From positions 14,857-78,856 of the forward strand of contig DASXTP010000108.1 of NCBI GenBank assembly GCA_036505355.1: a DNA stretch of 64,000 nucleotides. The letters are read 5' to 3'. This DNA comes from Candidatus Eiseniibacteriota bacterium. Lineage in GTDB: Bacteria; Eisenbacteria; RBG-16-71-46. Shown here one piece after another: positions 37,448 through 47,915 of the stretch. Every line of letters begins with the position of its first letter. The first letter of the stretch is position 1. Below the pieces are notes generated by a model. The model was not told the DNA's origin. It searched no databases and saw only the letters and a list, made by a program, of their open reading frames with translations. Both the position numbers and the translations under genes were made by a program.

Positions 37448-38999
37448 CGGTCCCCAGGCGACAACGCCGGCCGAGGCTCGACCGCATCGACTCGGTGCCC
37501 ACGTAGAGGAACCCGGCGAGCAGGAACATCAGGAACGGTACCGTCCGATAGTGCCCCCCGCACCCGGCGAACACCGTGACGGCCGCCAGGTAGGCCGCCA
37601 GCGCGATCTCCGCGCGCCCCGACAGTCCGCGTCCCGAATCGTAGCGCGCCAGGTCGATCGTCCGAAGGGATCCATCGCCGGTCTTTGGCGTGCGCTCCCA
37701 GTTGCCCACGCGGCCCCTCATCCCCTCGATCACGGCGCGGGCGTTATTGAGCGAGAGCCCCACCCCAAGAACCAGGGCCGCCGGAACGTCGCAGATCAAC
37801 TGCAGCGGACCACCGCCCGAAGCACGTCGCGCCACCGCCAGGAACAGGGCGACCTGGAGAACTCCCAGCAAGCTGACGCCCATCTGGAGGATGCCGGCGA
37901 ATGCGGGAGAATCCATCCGGGTGCCGAGCAGGACCGGCCACAGCAGCAGGGCCACCGCCAGCACCAATGGATACGCGGCGTTGCCGGTGAGGTGGAAGAA
38001 CGCCTCGAGCTTGACCCGGGCCGGCAGCCGCGCCGACAGTAGACTCGGCAGGACCTTCCGGGCGGTCTGGATCGAGCCCTTGGCCCAGCGCCGCTGCTGC
38101 GACTTGAGGGCCTCGATGTCGCCAGGCAACTCGGCGGCGGAGTGTACGTTTGGGTCGAACACGAAGCGCCATCCCCGGAGCTGAGCGCGGTAGCTGAGGT
38201 CGAGATCCTCGGTGAGCGTGTCGTGCGACCAACCTCCGGCATCCTCGATGCAGGCGCGGCGCCAAAGGCCCGCCGCGCCGTTGAAATTGATGAACAGGCC
38301 ACTCGCCATCCGGGCCCGATGCTCCACCAGGAAGTGGGCATCCAGCATGGCGGCCTGGGCGGCGGTCAGTAGGGAGCGATCCCGATTGAGGTGCTCCCAG
38401 CGTGCTTGCACCATGCCCACCGCCGGATCGTCGAAGTGCGGCACCAGCCGGCGCAGGAAGCCGCTTGGCGGCACGAAGTCGGCGTCGAACACCGCCACAA
38501 GCTCTCCCTTCGCCTCGGCCAGACCGGCCGCGAGGGCGCCGGCTTTGTAGCCGCTCCGCTGGGTGCGGTGGAGGTGCCGGATGTCGGTTCCTCGCGCCCG
38601 ATGACGCGCCACGGCCGCGGCGGCACGGAGGCGAGTCTCGTCCGTCGAATCGTCGAGCACCTGAATCTCGAGCCGATCGGCGGGGTAATCGAGCGCCGCG
38701 ACGGAGTCGAGCAGGCGGTCGACGACCAGCCGTTCGTTGTAGATCGGAAGCTGGACCGTGATCCGGGACCAGTCCCGGCAACCCGGCTTCGTCCGGAAGC
38801 GGAACGAGGGGGCAGGCGGCACGCTCTTGCGCGACACGCTGCGCCACCAACGCCACAACACCAGCGTACGATGGGAGGAGTAGAGGCCGAGCAGCAGCTC
38901 GGCCAAGACGAATGCCGTCAGCAGCACCGCCTGGATCCCTGCCAGCACCGCGTGGGGTCCAGGCACGTGGAAGCCAAACGGGGTCGAAGTCAAGACCAA
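37434..38999 (-). CDS. Processive family-2 glycosyltransferase (cellulose-synthase-like)
   Basis: QLPIYNE, LDDSTD, FDADF, TEDLDLS and QQRRW (QxxRW) motifs, flanked by N- and C-terminal TM helices. Start TTG 38999 is tentative. Confidence 0.8.
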   Translation of the reverse strand: MVLTSTPFGFHVPGPHAVLAGIQAVLLTAFVLAELLLGLYSSHRTLVLWRWWRSVSRKSVPPAPSFRFRTKPGCRDWSRITVQLPIYNERLVVDRLLDSVAALDYPADRLEIQVLDDSTDETRLRAAAAVARHRARGTDIRHLHRTQRSGYKAGALAAGLAEAKGELVAVFDADFVPPSGFLRRLVPHFDDPAVGMVQARWEHLNRDRSLLTAAQAAMLDAHFLVEHRARMASGLFINFNGAAGLWRRACIEDAGGWSHDTLTEDLDLSYRAQLRGWRFVFDPNVHSAAELPGDIEALKSQQRRWAKGSIQTARKVLPSLLSARLPARVKLEAFFHLTGNAAYPLVLAVALLLWPVLLGTRMDSPAFAGILQMGVSLLGVLQVALFLAVARRASGGGPLQLICDVPAALVLGVGLSLNNARAVIEGMRGRVGNWERTPKTGDGSLRTIDLARYDSGRGLSGRAEIALAAYLAAVTVFAGCGGHYRTVPFLMFLLAGFLYVGTESMRSSLGRRCRLGTARGG

Positions 39000-39098
39000 C
39001 CCACCCTAGGGTGTCCCGACGCTCACCGTCAATTCGGAACCGGCCCCCGGCGGGGGTTGGTGCGGAGGCCCGGGACGGACGATCCGGACCTCCTCGGC

Positions 39099-41009
39099 TC
39101 AGTTCACGACTTCGAAATCTGCATCCACCGCGCCGTCGCCCGGCTTCTTCTTGGCGCTGCCCTCGGTCGCGGCGCTGGCCGGCTCTTCCGTTGCCGCGGC
39201 GGGCTGCCCCGCAGCGCCCTGGTAGAGCGCCGCCGCCGCTTGATGCCAGACCCGCTGGAGGGCTTCGGAGGCCGCGGTGATTTTCGCCGCATCTTCGGAC
39301 TTCAGCGCTTCGCGAACCTGCGACAGCTCGCTCTCGATGCTGCCGCGCAACGTCGCGTCCAGCTTGCTGCCATGCTCCTTGAGGTTTTTCTCGACCTCGT
39401 AGGCCAGCTGATCCGCCCGGTTGCGGGCCTCGACCGATTCCTTGCGCTTGCGATCCTCGCCGGCGTGCGATTCCGCCTCCCGCACCATGTCCCGGATCTC
39501 CGCTTCCGACAATCCGCTCGACGCCTCGATGCGGATGCTCTGCTCCTTGCTGGTCGCACGGTCCTTGGCGGACACGTGCAAGATCCCGTTGGCGTCGATG
39601 TCGAACGAGACCTCGATCTGCGGGATGCCGCGCGGCGCGAGCGGGATGCCGTCGAGGTGGAAGCGCCCGATGGTCTTGTTGTCGCGGGCCATCGGCCGCT
39701 CCCCTTGCAGCACGTGGACCTCGACCGTGGTCTGGCTGTCGGCCGCGGTCGAGAACACCTCGCTCTTGCGGGTGGGAATGGTGGTGTTCCGGGCGATCAA
39801 GGTCGTCATCACGCCCCCCAGGGTCTCGATGCCGAGCGAAAGCGGCGTGACGTCGAGCAACACCACGTCGCGAACTTCGCCGGCCAGCACCGCCCCCTGG
39901 ATGGCGGCCCCGATGGCCACCACCTCGTCCGGGTTGACGCCCTTGTGCGGCTCCCTGCCGAAGATCTCCTTGACCAGCTCCTGCACCTTGGGCATCCGGG
40001 TGGCTCCACCGACGAGCACGACCTCGTCGATCTGCGAGGCGCCGAGCCCGGCATCCTTGAGCGCCTGCTGAACCGGCCCGCGGCAACGCTCGATCAGATC
40101 CGCCACGAGCTGCTCGAGCTTGGAGCGGGACAAACGGATCGCCAAGTGCTTGGGTCCGTTCTGGTCGGCGGTGATGAACGGCAGGTTGACCTCGGTCTCC
40201 AGCGTCCCCGAGAGCTCGCATTTGGCCTTCTCGGCCGCCTCCTTGAGCCGCTGCAGGGCCATCGGATCCTTGCGCAGGTCGATGCCCTCCTGCTTCTTGA
40301 ATTCGTCGGCCAGGAAGTCGATCACGCGCTGGTCGAAGTCGTCGCCGCCCAGGTGGGTGTCCCCGTTCGTCGAGCGCACCTCGAACACGCCGTCCCCAAT
40401 CTCCAGGATCGAGATGTCGAAGGTGCCGCCTCCGAGATCGAAGACAGCGATCTTCTCGTCTTTCTTCTTGTCGAGCCCGTAGGCGAGCGAGGCGGCGGTC
40501 GGCTCGTTGATGATGCGCTTGACGTCGAGCCCGGCGATGCGGCCGGCGTCCTTGGTCGCCTGGCGCTGGCTGTCGTTGAAGTACGCGGGCACCGTGACGA
40601 CGGCCTCGATGACCTGCTCACCGAGATACTCCTCCGCGGTCTGGCGCATCTTCTGCAGGATCATCGCCGAGATCTCGGGTGGCGAGTACTCGCGATCTCC
40701 GGCGCGGACCTTGGCCTCGCCGTTCTCGCCGCGCACGACCTCATAGGGAGCCAGCTTGATCTCGCTGCCCACTTCGTCGTACCGGCGGCCCATGAAGCGC
40801 TTGATGGAGTAGACGGTGTTCTTGGGGTTGGTCACCGCCTGGCGGCGGGCCACCAGGCCCACCAACCGCTCCCCGCTCTTGGAAAACGCGACCACCGAGG
40901 GCGTGGTGCGGAAGCCCTCCGCGTTGGCGATCACCTTGGGCTCGCCGCCCTCCATGACCGCTACGCACGAATTGGTGGTACCCAGATCGATGCCGATGAC
41001 CTTACCCAT
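39099..41009 (-). CDS. dnaK: Molecular chaperone DnaK (Hsp70)
   Basis: [21 protein letters not shown] and [10 protein letters not shown] signatures. 636 aa. Confidence 0.97.
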   Translation of the reverse strand: MGKVIGIDLGTTNSCVAVMEGGEPKVIANAEGFRTTPSVVAFSKSGERLVGLVARRQAVTNPKNTVYSIKRFMGRRYDEVGSEIKLAPYEVVRGENGEAKVRAGDREYSPPEISAMILQKMRQTAEEYLGEQVIEAVVTVPAYFNDSQRQATKDAGRIAGLDVKRIINEPTAASLAYGLDKKKDEKIAVFDLGGGTFDISILEIGDGVFEVRSTNGDTHLGGDDFDQRVIDFLADEFKKQEGIDLRKDPMALQRLKEAAEKAKCELSGTLETEVNLPFITADQNGPKHLAIRLSRSKLEQLVADLIERCRGPVQQALKDAGLGASQIDEVVLVGGATRMPKVQELVKEIFGREPHKGVNPDEVVAIGAAIQGAVLAGEVRDVVLLDVTPLSLGIETLGGVMTTLIARNTTIPTRKSEVFSTAADSQTTVEVHVLQGERPMARDNKTIGRFHLDGIPLAPRGIPQIEVSFDIDANGILHVSAKDRATSKEQSIRIEASSGLSEAEIRDMVREAESHAGEDRKRKESVEARNRADQLAYEVEKNLKEHGSKLDATLRGSIESELSQVREALKSEDAAKITAASEALQRVWHQAAAALYQGAAGQPAAATEEPASAATEGSAKKKPGDGAVDADFEVVN

Positions 41010-41091
41010 GGATTCCCTGCTTTCTGGACCGGGACCGCGCCGGCCCGGCGGGAGCCGGACCGGCGAGGATCCATCGCTTGTTGGCTGAAGG

Positions 41092-41559
41092 TCAGGACGC
41101 GATATCGACCGCGATCTCGCGCACCCGGGCTTCCTCGGCCTTCGGAACGCGGACCTCGAGCACCCCGTCCCGATACTGGGCCGTCACGCCGTCGCCGCGC
41201 ACCGGGGTCCCGAAGGTGAACGAACGCTCGAACGTGCCGTAGACACGCTCGGCGCGGTGCAAGCTCTTGCCGTTCTTCTGCACGTCCTCGCGCTTCCGCT
41301 CACCGCGAATCGTCAGGGTGTCCCCCATCAGGTTGACCTTCACGTCCTTCTGCGTCATCCCGGGGAGATCGGCCCGGACCACGAACGCATCGGCGGTCTC
41401 TTCGATGTCGACCGCCGGCGTCGACAGCGGCGCGACATCGCCGCGGATCACGCCACGGTCGAAGAAGCTCTCGAACAGACGATCCATCTCGTCGTTCAGG
41501 CTCGTTCGCTCACGGAACGGGCCCAGGACGGTCGGATTCCAGCGCATCAGCGTCATCAT
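41092..41559 (-). CDS. Hsp20/alpha-crystallin small heat-shock protein
   Basis: Alpha-crystallin domain ([39 protein letters not shown]....[14 protein letters not shown]). Lies directly upstream of dnaK on the same strand. Confidence 0.9.
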   Translation of the reverse strand: MMTLMRWNPTVLGPFRERTSLNDEMDRLFESFFDRGVIRGDVAPLSTPAVDIEETADAFVVRADLPGMTQKDVKVNLMGDTLTIRGERKREDVQKNGKSLHRAERVYGTFERSFTFGTPVRGDGVTAQYRDGVLEVRVPKAEEARVREIAVDIAS

Positions 41560-41856
41560 GTACCCCTTTTCTCCAAGATCTCTTGGCAGATTCTCTGGTC
41601 GGTCGACTCATTCGCTCTGCCGGTTGTCGGCATCGCAGTCACGGGGGGTGCACGCAGGGCTTGTGCCATGGTTGAGGTGATCGCATAATGTAATGCAGTG
41701 GTTCGCGTTGGGCGATTCACCTTCGATCCAAGATCCAGCGGCGAAACGGATCGACGTCCCAGGACGAAACAGCTTTGGTTCATCCCGGCACGGGTCGCGC
41801 CGCGGGTCGCGGCGCCGCTGTCCGATCGAGCCGCCCCGCGCCCACGCTGGAGGGCC

Positions 41857-42303
41857 TCAGCGCTCGGGGAGATAGCCGCTCTTCTCGGACCCCACCAGCA
41901 GCTCGTCCTTGGTGTAGATGAAGGACTCCCGGCGGTAGTCCGCCAGCTCGTATTTCTTCTCGAGGAAGATGGCGTCCTCGGGACAGGCCTCTTCGCACAT
42001 GCCGCAGAAGATGCAGCGCAGCATGTTGATCTCGTAACGTTTCGCGTAGCGCTCGCCGTGGGAGCTCGGGCGCTCCGGATCGTTCTCGGCGGCCTCGACG
42101 TAGATCGCGTCGGCCGGGCACGCAACCGCACAGAGCTCACATCCGACGCACCGCTCGAGCCCGTCCTCGTGGCGGGTGAGGATGTGCAGGCCCCGGAAGC
42201 GCGGGAACATCGTGAGCTGCTCTTCCGGGTACTGAACGGTGAACGGTTTCTTGAACAGATTCTCGAGCGTGACGCCGAGTCCCTTGCCCAGCTCCTTGAA
42301 CAT
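41857..42303 (-). CDS. nuoI: NuoI-like 2x[4Fe-4S] ferredoxin subunit
   Basis: From ATG 42303. [23 protein letters not shown] and [12 protein letters not shown]. No other nuo gene is present in the window. Confidence 0.7.
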   Translation of the reverse strand: MFKELGKGLGVTLENLFKKPFTVQYPEEQLTMFPRFRGLHILTRHEDGLERCVGCELCAVACPADAIYVEAAENDPERPSSHGERYAKRYEINMLRCIFCGMCEEACPEDAIFLEKKYELADYRRESFIYTKDELLVGSEKSGYLPER

Positions 42304-42447
42304 CCGAGTCCCCTTCGATCCGCGATCCGCGGCCTGCCTGAACGCCCCGCAGGGTACTGGCGAACTCCGCCCCAAGCAAGACACCGGCGCGACAGCCGCC
42401 GGCGCGACCTTCCTCCACGACGGGGCCGCCGCTCTCGTCCTCCGGGC

Positions 42448-43002
42448 TCAGATTCGCGGCAGCGTGATGCCGCGCTGGGCCTGATACTTGCCCGCCTTGT
42501 CCTTGTAGGACGTCTCGCAGGGCTGGTCGCTCTCGAAGAACAGCACCTGCGCGATGCCCTCGTTGGCGTAGATCCTCGCCGGCAACGGCGTCGTGTTGCT
42601 GATCTCGAGCGTGACGTGCCCTTCCCATTCGGGCTCGAAGGGCGTCACGTTGGTGATGATTCCGCAGCGCGCGTAGGTAGACTTCCCGAGACAGATGGTG
42701 AGCACGTTGCGCGGGATGCGGAAATACTCGATCGTGCGACCGAGCGCGAACGAGTTGGGCGGGATGATCGCGACCGCGCCCTTGAAGTCCACCATCGACC
42801 CCGGGTCCATGTGCTTCGGATCCACGATGGTCGAGTTCACGTTGGTGAAGATCTTGAACTCGTCCGCGATGCGGATGTCGTATCCGTAGGAAGAGACTCC
42901 GTAGGAAATGACCCCCTGACGCACTTGCTTCTCTTCGAACGGCTCGATCATGCCGTGGGCGCGACACATTTCACGGATCCAACGATCCGGTCGAATGGAC
43001 AT
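42448..43002 (-). CDS. dcd: dCTP deaminase
   Basis: From ATG 43002. [17 protein letters not shown] and [10 protein letters not shown] blocks. Confidence 0.9.
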   Translation of the reverse strand: MSIRPDRWIREMCRAHGMIEPFEEKQVRQGVISYGVSSYGYDIRIADEFKIFTNVNSTIVDPKHMDPGSMVDFKGAVAIIPPNSFALGRTIEYFRIPRNVLTICLGKSTYARCGIITNVTPFEPEWEGHVTLEISNTTPLPARIYANEGIAQVLFFESDQPCETSYKDKAGKYQAQRGITLPRI

Positions 43003-43003
43003 C

Positions 43004-43531
43004 TCAGGCTCCTCGTTTGAGTCGACCAAGGAGCCGTGCCGCATGGCCCAGCTCCGGAATCAGCAACCGCTTCGTCGTCAGCGCGACCGCATCGGGCGAG
43101 CCCGGCAGGGCTACCAACAGCCGACCCCGCGCCACGGCCGCGAACGTCCGTGACAGCCAGGCCGCGCCGCCGACCTGCCCGAAGGCGAGCCACCGCGAGA
43201 GCTCCCCGAAGCCCGGTAGCTCCCGGTCGACCAGCGGCCGCAGCGCCTCGGGCGTGCGGTCCCGGGGCGCGATCCCGGTCCCCCCCGTGAGGGCTACCAG
43301 GTCCACGCCGCGCCGCGCCAGGGCACCCCGCGCGGCTCGTCGAATCGCCGCCACTTCGTCCGGCACCCAGGCCCGACCCACCACCGCGTGGCCGGCCTGC
43401 TCGAGCAGGCGAGCCAGCAGGTCCCCGCTCGCGTCGTCGACGGCGGTCCGCGTGTCGCTCACCGTGATCACCACGCAGCCCAGGGCGCGCCGGGCAGGCG
43501 CGGCATGGAGCGGCCGCCTCGCGCGCTTCAT
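43004..43531 (-). CDS. moaB: MoaB/MogA-family molybdenum cofactor biosynthesis protein
   Basis: From ATG 43531, which overlaps the upstream stop (ATGA). [19 protein letters not shown] and ALPGSP motifs. Confidence 0.8.
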   Translation of the reverse strand: MKRARRPLHAAPARRALGCVVITVSDTRTAVDDASGDLLARLLEQAGHAVVGRAWVPDEVAAIRRAARGALARRGVDLVALTGGTGIAPRDRTPEALRPLVDRELPGFGELSRWLAFGQVGGAAWLSRTFAAVARGRLLVALPGSPDAVALTTKRLLIPELGHAARLLGRLKRGA

Positions 43532-44208
43532 GCCGCCCACTCGGCCGCCCGCTCGATCAACGGCCGCGCCTCGAGCTGGAAGTGCGAGAGCCAGCGGTCG
43601 GGCTCGGCCAGCCGGTGCTCGTCGAGTTCCGCCAGCGGCGGCTCCCACGCCCCCGACCCTCGCGGCAGCCGCGGCCCGGCCCGCAACGCAAGCTCGCCCA
43701 GCTCGGCGAGGCTCCATACCTCGCGCCCCGCGAGCTCGTACCAACCCCGCCATTCGGCGTGCCCCTGGGCCGCCCGTTTCAGCGTCTCGATCGCGTCAGC
43801 CTCCGCCAGCGGATTCAGCAAAGCCCGGCCGGCGTGCGGCAGACGCGGCGCCGAGCGAAGCCGCAGCCACAAGGGGCTCCGCGGCCCCACCAGGGGGCCG
43901 AGCCGCAGCGTCAGCAGCGGTGCCCCAGTCTCCCGGGCTCGTTCCTCGAGCTGCCACAGCCTCCGGAGCCGGGGGGCCCGGGCGTCCGGATGGACGCCCA
44001 GCGCGCTCAGCACCAGGATCCGCCCGCCGGCGACCCGCCACCGACCCAGCCGATCGTCCAACCCCGGCGGAGGGGTGCCGGAACCCAACACTAGGATGGC
44101 GCCGGCGGCCGTCGGGGCCGCCTCCGCGCTCACCGGGTGCCCGCCGGCCGCCAGCGCCCCGATCAGTCGTGGGATGGGAGGGTCCCACTGGCCGACGGTG
44201 TGGATCAT
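43528..44208 (-). CDS. Hypothetical protein (possibly a degenerate NmrA/SDR-like fold)
   Basis: ORF with overlapping junctions on both sides (ATGA). No intact GxxGxxG motif, so the function is not assignable. Confidence 0.5.
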   Translation of the reverse strand: MIHTVGQWDPPIPRLIGALAAGGHPVSAEAAPTAAGAILVLGSGTPPPGLDDRLGRWRVAGGRILVLSALGVHPDARAPRLRRLWQLEERARETGAPLLTLRLGPLVGPRSPLWLRLRSAPRLPHAGRALLNPLAEADAIETLKRAAQGHAEWRGWYELAGREVWSLAELGELALRAGPRLPRGSGAWEPPLAELDEHRLAEPDRWLSHFQLEARPLIERAAEWAA

Positions 44209-45248
44209 GCGCGATCTTCGAACGCCGCCGCCATCAGTCGGCGCTGCGCCAAGTCGTGCTCGACCCAGTCGCGCACCATCTGGCCGAGCGACAGTGGCCC
44301 GCGAACCGGATCAGTCGCGGTCCTCGCCCACTCGGGCGGCCCCAGAGGCGAGAGCCGCCCCAGCAACGTTGCCCGGGTGGTCCGCCACATCGCCAGCACC
44401 CGCCCGATGTCCCGGGGGCGATCGCCGCGGCGAGTCCGCGCCCGGGCCTCCACGTCGCGCAGCCTCGGGTTCTCCTCGGTGAGCACGCGCTGCGTGCGCG
44501 GCAAGTAGACCTGGCGCTCCCGATCACGGAGATGGCAGAGGACCTGGAGCGGGTTCCACCGGCCCGACCCGAGCGCGATGCCCCATGAGAGCGGATCCTG
44601 GTCCTCGACCTGCTGCCCGACCCACGATGGGCTCTCCGCCAGGACGGCCAGGAGTTGCCCCCATTCCCGAAAGGTCATGGGGCCGGGCTCGGCAGACGCC
44701 AGCCCCAAGCCAGGCAGCGGGAACGGCCGGCCGAAGCCCCGTCGCAGGTAGGTTTGCGACAGCTCCACGTAGTGTGCCGCCCCGCGTCGGATCGAGGTGC
44801 GGCGGGCCGCCGAGAGCACGCCCACCACCCGCGCCGGCACGCCCAGGACCAGGCTCCGCGGAGGGAGCCTCTGGCCCTCGCGGACCAGCGAGCCCGCCCC
44901 CACCAGGGAGCCGCCGCCGACCCGAGCACCGGAAAGGATCACGGACCCCATGCCGATTAGGCACTCGTCCTCGACCACGCAGCCGTGAACCACCGAACCA
45001 TGGCCGATCGTGACTCGGGCCCCGATGCGCGCCGGTTGTCCTTCGTCGACATGGACCACCGAGCCGTCCTGGATGTTGGTCTCCTCTCCCACCACGATCG
45101 GGGCGGTATCGCCACGGAGGACGCTGTGGAACCAGACGCTCGAGCGCGCCCCGAGGGTGACGTCGCCCACCACCACGGCTCCCGGCGCCACGAACGAGGT
45201 CGCGTCGAGCCTGAGACCGGCCGGCCCGCCACGGGGGCGGCGTCTCAT
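44205..45248 (-). CDS. Fusion protein: gamma-carbonic-anhydrase-like left-handed beta-helix domain plus DinB-like domain
   Basis: The N-terminal ~170 aa carry hexapeptide repeats (VWFHSVLRGD..IQDGSVVH..IGHGSVVHGC). The C-terminal ~170 aa carry VLCHLRDRE..R and WVEHDLAQRR, resembling DinB-family His ligands. Confidence 0.7.
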   Translation of the reverse strand: MRRRPRGGPAGLRLDATSFVAPGAVVVGDVTLGARSSVWFHSVLRGDTAPIVVGEETNIQDGSVVHVDEGQPARIGARVTIGHGSVVHGCVVEDECLIGMGSVILSGARVGGGSLVGAGSLVREGQRLPPRSLVLGVPARVVGVLSAARRTSIRRGAAHYVELSQTYLRRGFGRPFPLPGLGLASAEPGPMTFREWGQLLAVLAESPSWVGQQVEDQDPLSWGIALGSGRWNPLQVLCHLRDRERQVYLPRTQRVLTEENPRLRDVEARARTRRGDRPRDIGRVLAMWRTTRATLLGRLSPLGPPEWARTATDPVRGPLSLGQMVRDWVEHDLAQRRLMAAAFEDRA

Positions 45249-45889
45249 GATGGCCCCACGGCGTCCCCAACGAAAGGGTTCCCTCGGCGTTCGGCTCCCA
45301 GGGTGGTTTCGGGACCGTGTCCCGGCAGGACACGCAGGTCGTCGCCGAGCGGAAACAATCGACTACGAACAGAATGCGAGAGCGCCTCGAAGGAGCCGCC
45401 TGGCAGGTCGGTTCGCCCCACCGATCTGGCAAACAGCAGGTCGCCCACCCAGAGGATCGAACCCCAACGGAAGGTCACGCTGCCTGGAGAATGGCCTGGG
45501 GTGTGGATCACCGAGAGGACCTCGGCGCCGAGCGGGAGCTGTTGTCCGTCGTCGAGCCACAGCAGGTCTTCCGGGGGTTCGGCGGGCGGCAGGCCGAAGG
45601 GCTCGCCCTGCCGCTCCAGGGCCTCCAGCAGCGGTCGATCTTCGGGGTGAAGCCAGCAAGCCACCCCCAGCTCCCGCTGGATGTCGCGCATGGCCGCGAC
45701 GTGATCGTAGTGCGCATGGGTCAGGAGCAGATGCCTGACGCGGAGGTTGTCGTCGTGGATCGCGCGCAGGACGCGCTGGGGCTCGAATCCCACGTCCATC
45801 ACCGCGGCCTCCCCGGTCCGGGTGCAGCGGACCAGGTAGGCGTTGGTTTCGAAGGGTCCGACCACGAACGCGCGGAAGGCCAGCCCCAT
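45245..45889 (-). CDS. MBL-fold metallo-hydrolase (glyoxalase II-like)
   Basis: From ATG 45889. THAHYDH, HTPGHSPG, GDLLF and PGHG motifs. Confidence 0.85.
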   Translation of the reverse strand: MGLAFRAFVVGPFETNAYLVRCTRTGEAAVMDVGFEPQRVLRAIHDDNLRVRHLLLTHAHYDHVAAMRDIQRELGVACWLHPEDRPLLEALERQGEPFGLPPAEPPEDLLWLDDGQQLPLGAEVLSVIHTPGHSPGSVTFRWGSILWVGDLLFARSVGRTDLPGGSFEALSHSVRSRLFPLGDDLRVLPGHGPETTLGAERRGNPFVGDAVGPS

Positions 45890-46007
45890 CAGCACGCCCC
45901 GGCCAGCCGGGTCGGCCGGGCTCCGGGACGCGAGCGGGATGCACGAAGCGAGGACGACTCCAGGCCGCACCCCAGCTCGGGTGGAGACCGGTCCGCCGCC
46001 GGTCGGC

Positions 46008-46490
46008 TCACCGTTTGTACCCGATCCGGTGCAGGAACTCGCGACGCTGTGCGAGGGCCGCCTCGTCCTCGACCCCGCGCGGCGTCGAGCCGTCGACCAC
46101 CCCCACCACGCCACGCCCCTGATCGGTCGCCGCGACCAGGATCTGCAAGGGATTGGCCGTGGCGCAGAACACGCGGCAGACCTCCGGACATTGCTTCACG
46201 GCGTTCAGCAGGTTGATCGGGTAGGCACCGCGCAGCGCCAGGACGAACACGTGCCCGGCCCCGATGCGTTGGGCCGCGCGGACGGCTGCTTCCGTCAGCT
46301 CGGGATCGTTGCCTTCGGTGCGGATCAGGCATAGGCCCGACGCTTCGCAAAACGCGAGCCCGAACCGTGCGCCGGGGATCGTGGTGACGACGATCTCGGC
46401 CAAGTCCTCGACCGTCTTGATGAAATGCGCCTGCCCGACCACCAGATTACCATCGGCGGGAATCTCGATCGGGACCGTGACCAGCTCCAT
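46008..46490 (-). CDS. Adenosine-specific kinase family protein (PF04008-like)
   Basis: From ATG 46490. GQAHFIKTVEDL, FCEASG, GAGH, PINLLNA.K..PEVC..FCATANP and GRG..GV.DG, ending in GYK(R). Confidence 0.75.
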   Translation of the reverse strand: MELVTVPIEIPADGNLVVGQAHFIKTVEDLAEIVVTTIPGARFGLAFCEASGLCLIRTEGNDPELTEAAVRAAQRIGAGHVFVLALRGAYPINLLNAVKQCPEVCRVFCATANPLQILVAATDQGRGVVGVVDGSTPRGVEDEAALAQRREFLHRIGYKR

Positions 46491-46614
46491 CGCCCTCGTT
46501 CCCCCCCGGGACTCGCCAGCTCCGGTTACGGTGCGTCCCTGCCCCCTTGGACCCGCCATGTTTCCCGGGACTCCACGGCTTCGTGCGGGAGACGAAGCCG
46601 GGGGTCCCAGACGG

Positions 46615-47388
46615 TCAGCGACGTCGCGAGCCGCCGAGCCGCTCACGCGCGAGCTGCGCCTCCCCGGAGTTGGGGAAGCGCTTCATCAGGTCCTCGAAGG
46701 TGTGACTCGACTCCGATCGGCGACCCAGGCGCTCCTGGCACAGGGCCAGCTTGTACAGCGCGGCCGGGAGCTTGTCGCCCTTGGGATAGAGGGATTCGAC
46801 CCGGGCGTACTCGGCGGCCGCGCTGTCGAACGACGCCTGGGCGAAGAAGCACTCGCCGACGCCATAGAGGGCGTTGTCGGAGAGCTCGGTGTCGGGATAG
46901 CGGCGCAGGAAGTCCCGGAACCCCTGGAGCGCCAGGGCGTAGCGGCCCTGGGTGAGATCTTGGGAAGCCTGGTCGTAGAGCTGACTGGGATCGCCCCCCG
47001 AGGAAGCCGCTGGAGGCGGTCGCTGGCTGATCTGTTGGAAGCGGCCCATGGCCTCGTCCAGTTTGCCTCCCAGGCGTTCCATTTGCTCGAACAGCTCCTT
47101 GGTGGTGGTGCCGGCGGTCGCGCGCGTGCTGAGCAGGATCTCCCGTTGCTCGCCGACCTCGCGGCGAGTGTCTTGGAGAACCCGCAGCGCGACCGAGTCC
47201 CGGACCGTCAGCGTGTCCACCGCGGTCCGCAGGCTGTCGAGCCCCGATTTGAGCAGCGTGAGCTGCGGCGCGTAGCAGCCCGGCAGGGGTGCCACGGCCA
47301 GGGCCAACCCAAGCGCCGCCCACGCCGTCACCGCGAAACGGGGCGCGACGCCGTCACGATCGGTCCCGGGATCGACGCAGGGTCTCAT
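46615..47388 (-). CDS. cpoB: Tol-Pal system protein CpoB/YbgF
   Basis: From ATG 47388. Signal sequence/lipobox LPGC, a coiled-coil region, then TPR-like YbgF C-terminus (LYGVGECFF, ALYKLALCQERLG). Lies downstream of pal. Confidence 0.8.
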   Translation of the reverse strand: MRPCVDPGTDRDGVAPRFAVTAWAALGLALAVAPLPGCYAPQLTLLKSGLDSLRTAVDTLTVRDSVALRVLQDTRREVGEQREILLSTRATAGTTTKELFEQMERLGGKLDEAMGRFQQISQRPPPAASSGGDPSQLYDQASQDLTQGRYALALQGFRDFLRRYPDTELSDNALYGVGECFFAQASFDSAAAEYARVESLYPKGDKLPAALYKLALCQERLGRRSESSHTFEDLMKRFPNSGEAQLARERLGGSRRR

Positions 47389-47915
47389 CAGCGGAGCGCG
47401 AATTGGGCCCGGCGATTCTTCTGCCAGGCAGTCTCGTCGTGCCCGGCGTCGAAGGGACGCTCTTTCCCGTAGGACACGACCTCGAGACGGGTTGCGGGAA
47501 TCCCCGCCGCCACCAAGTAGTCGCGCGCCGCCTGCGCCCGCTTCTCGCCCAGGGCCTGGTTGTACTCCACGGTCCCGCGCTCGTCGCAGTGCCCCTCGAT
47601 CGTGATCTGGAGGCTGCCGTTGTCTCTCAGCAGCTTGGCATCCTTGTCCAGCGCCGCTCGCGCGTCGTCTCGTAGGGTGTAGGAGTCGAAATCGAAGTAG
47701 GCCGGATCGAAGTCCCCGGCGCCGACCGCAGGCGCGGGCGGATTCTCCGCCGGCGGAGGAGGAGGAGGCGGCGGCGTTGGAGGAGTCTCCGCCGCCTGCG
47801 GCGTCGGCGGCGGCACTGCCGGTTCCGGAGCCTTCTTCGCGGCACATCCGCCCAGTCCGAAGATCGACGCGGACAGCACGAGGATCAGCGGCCAACGCGA
47901 GCTCTTCCACTTCAT
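47388..47915 (-). CDS. pal: Peptidoglycan-associated lipoprotein Pal (OmpA-C domain)
   Basis: Lipobox FGLGGC, a Pro-rich linker, then FDFDSY.L..DA...L, IEGHCDERGT.EYN.ALGE.RA and NRR motifs. Confidence 0.9.
   Translation of the reverse strand: MKWKSSRWPLILVLSASIFGLGGCAAKKAPEPAVPPPTPQAAETPPTPPPPPPPPAENPPAPAVGAGDFDPAYFDFDSYTLRDDARAALDKDAKLLRDNGSLQITIEGHCDERGTVEYNQALGEKRAQAARDYLVAAGIPATRLEVVSYGKERPFDAGHDETAWQKNRRAQFALR

Noticed and set aside
41560-41856. I looked for a CIRCE/HrcA operator (TTAGCACTC-N9-GAGTGCTAA) or another heat-shock control element upstream of hsp20-dnaK.
   Set aside because: No match to the CIRCE inverted repeat. Only weak, imperfect palindromes (GCATAATGTAATGC) are present, which is not enough to call a site.
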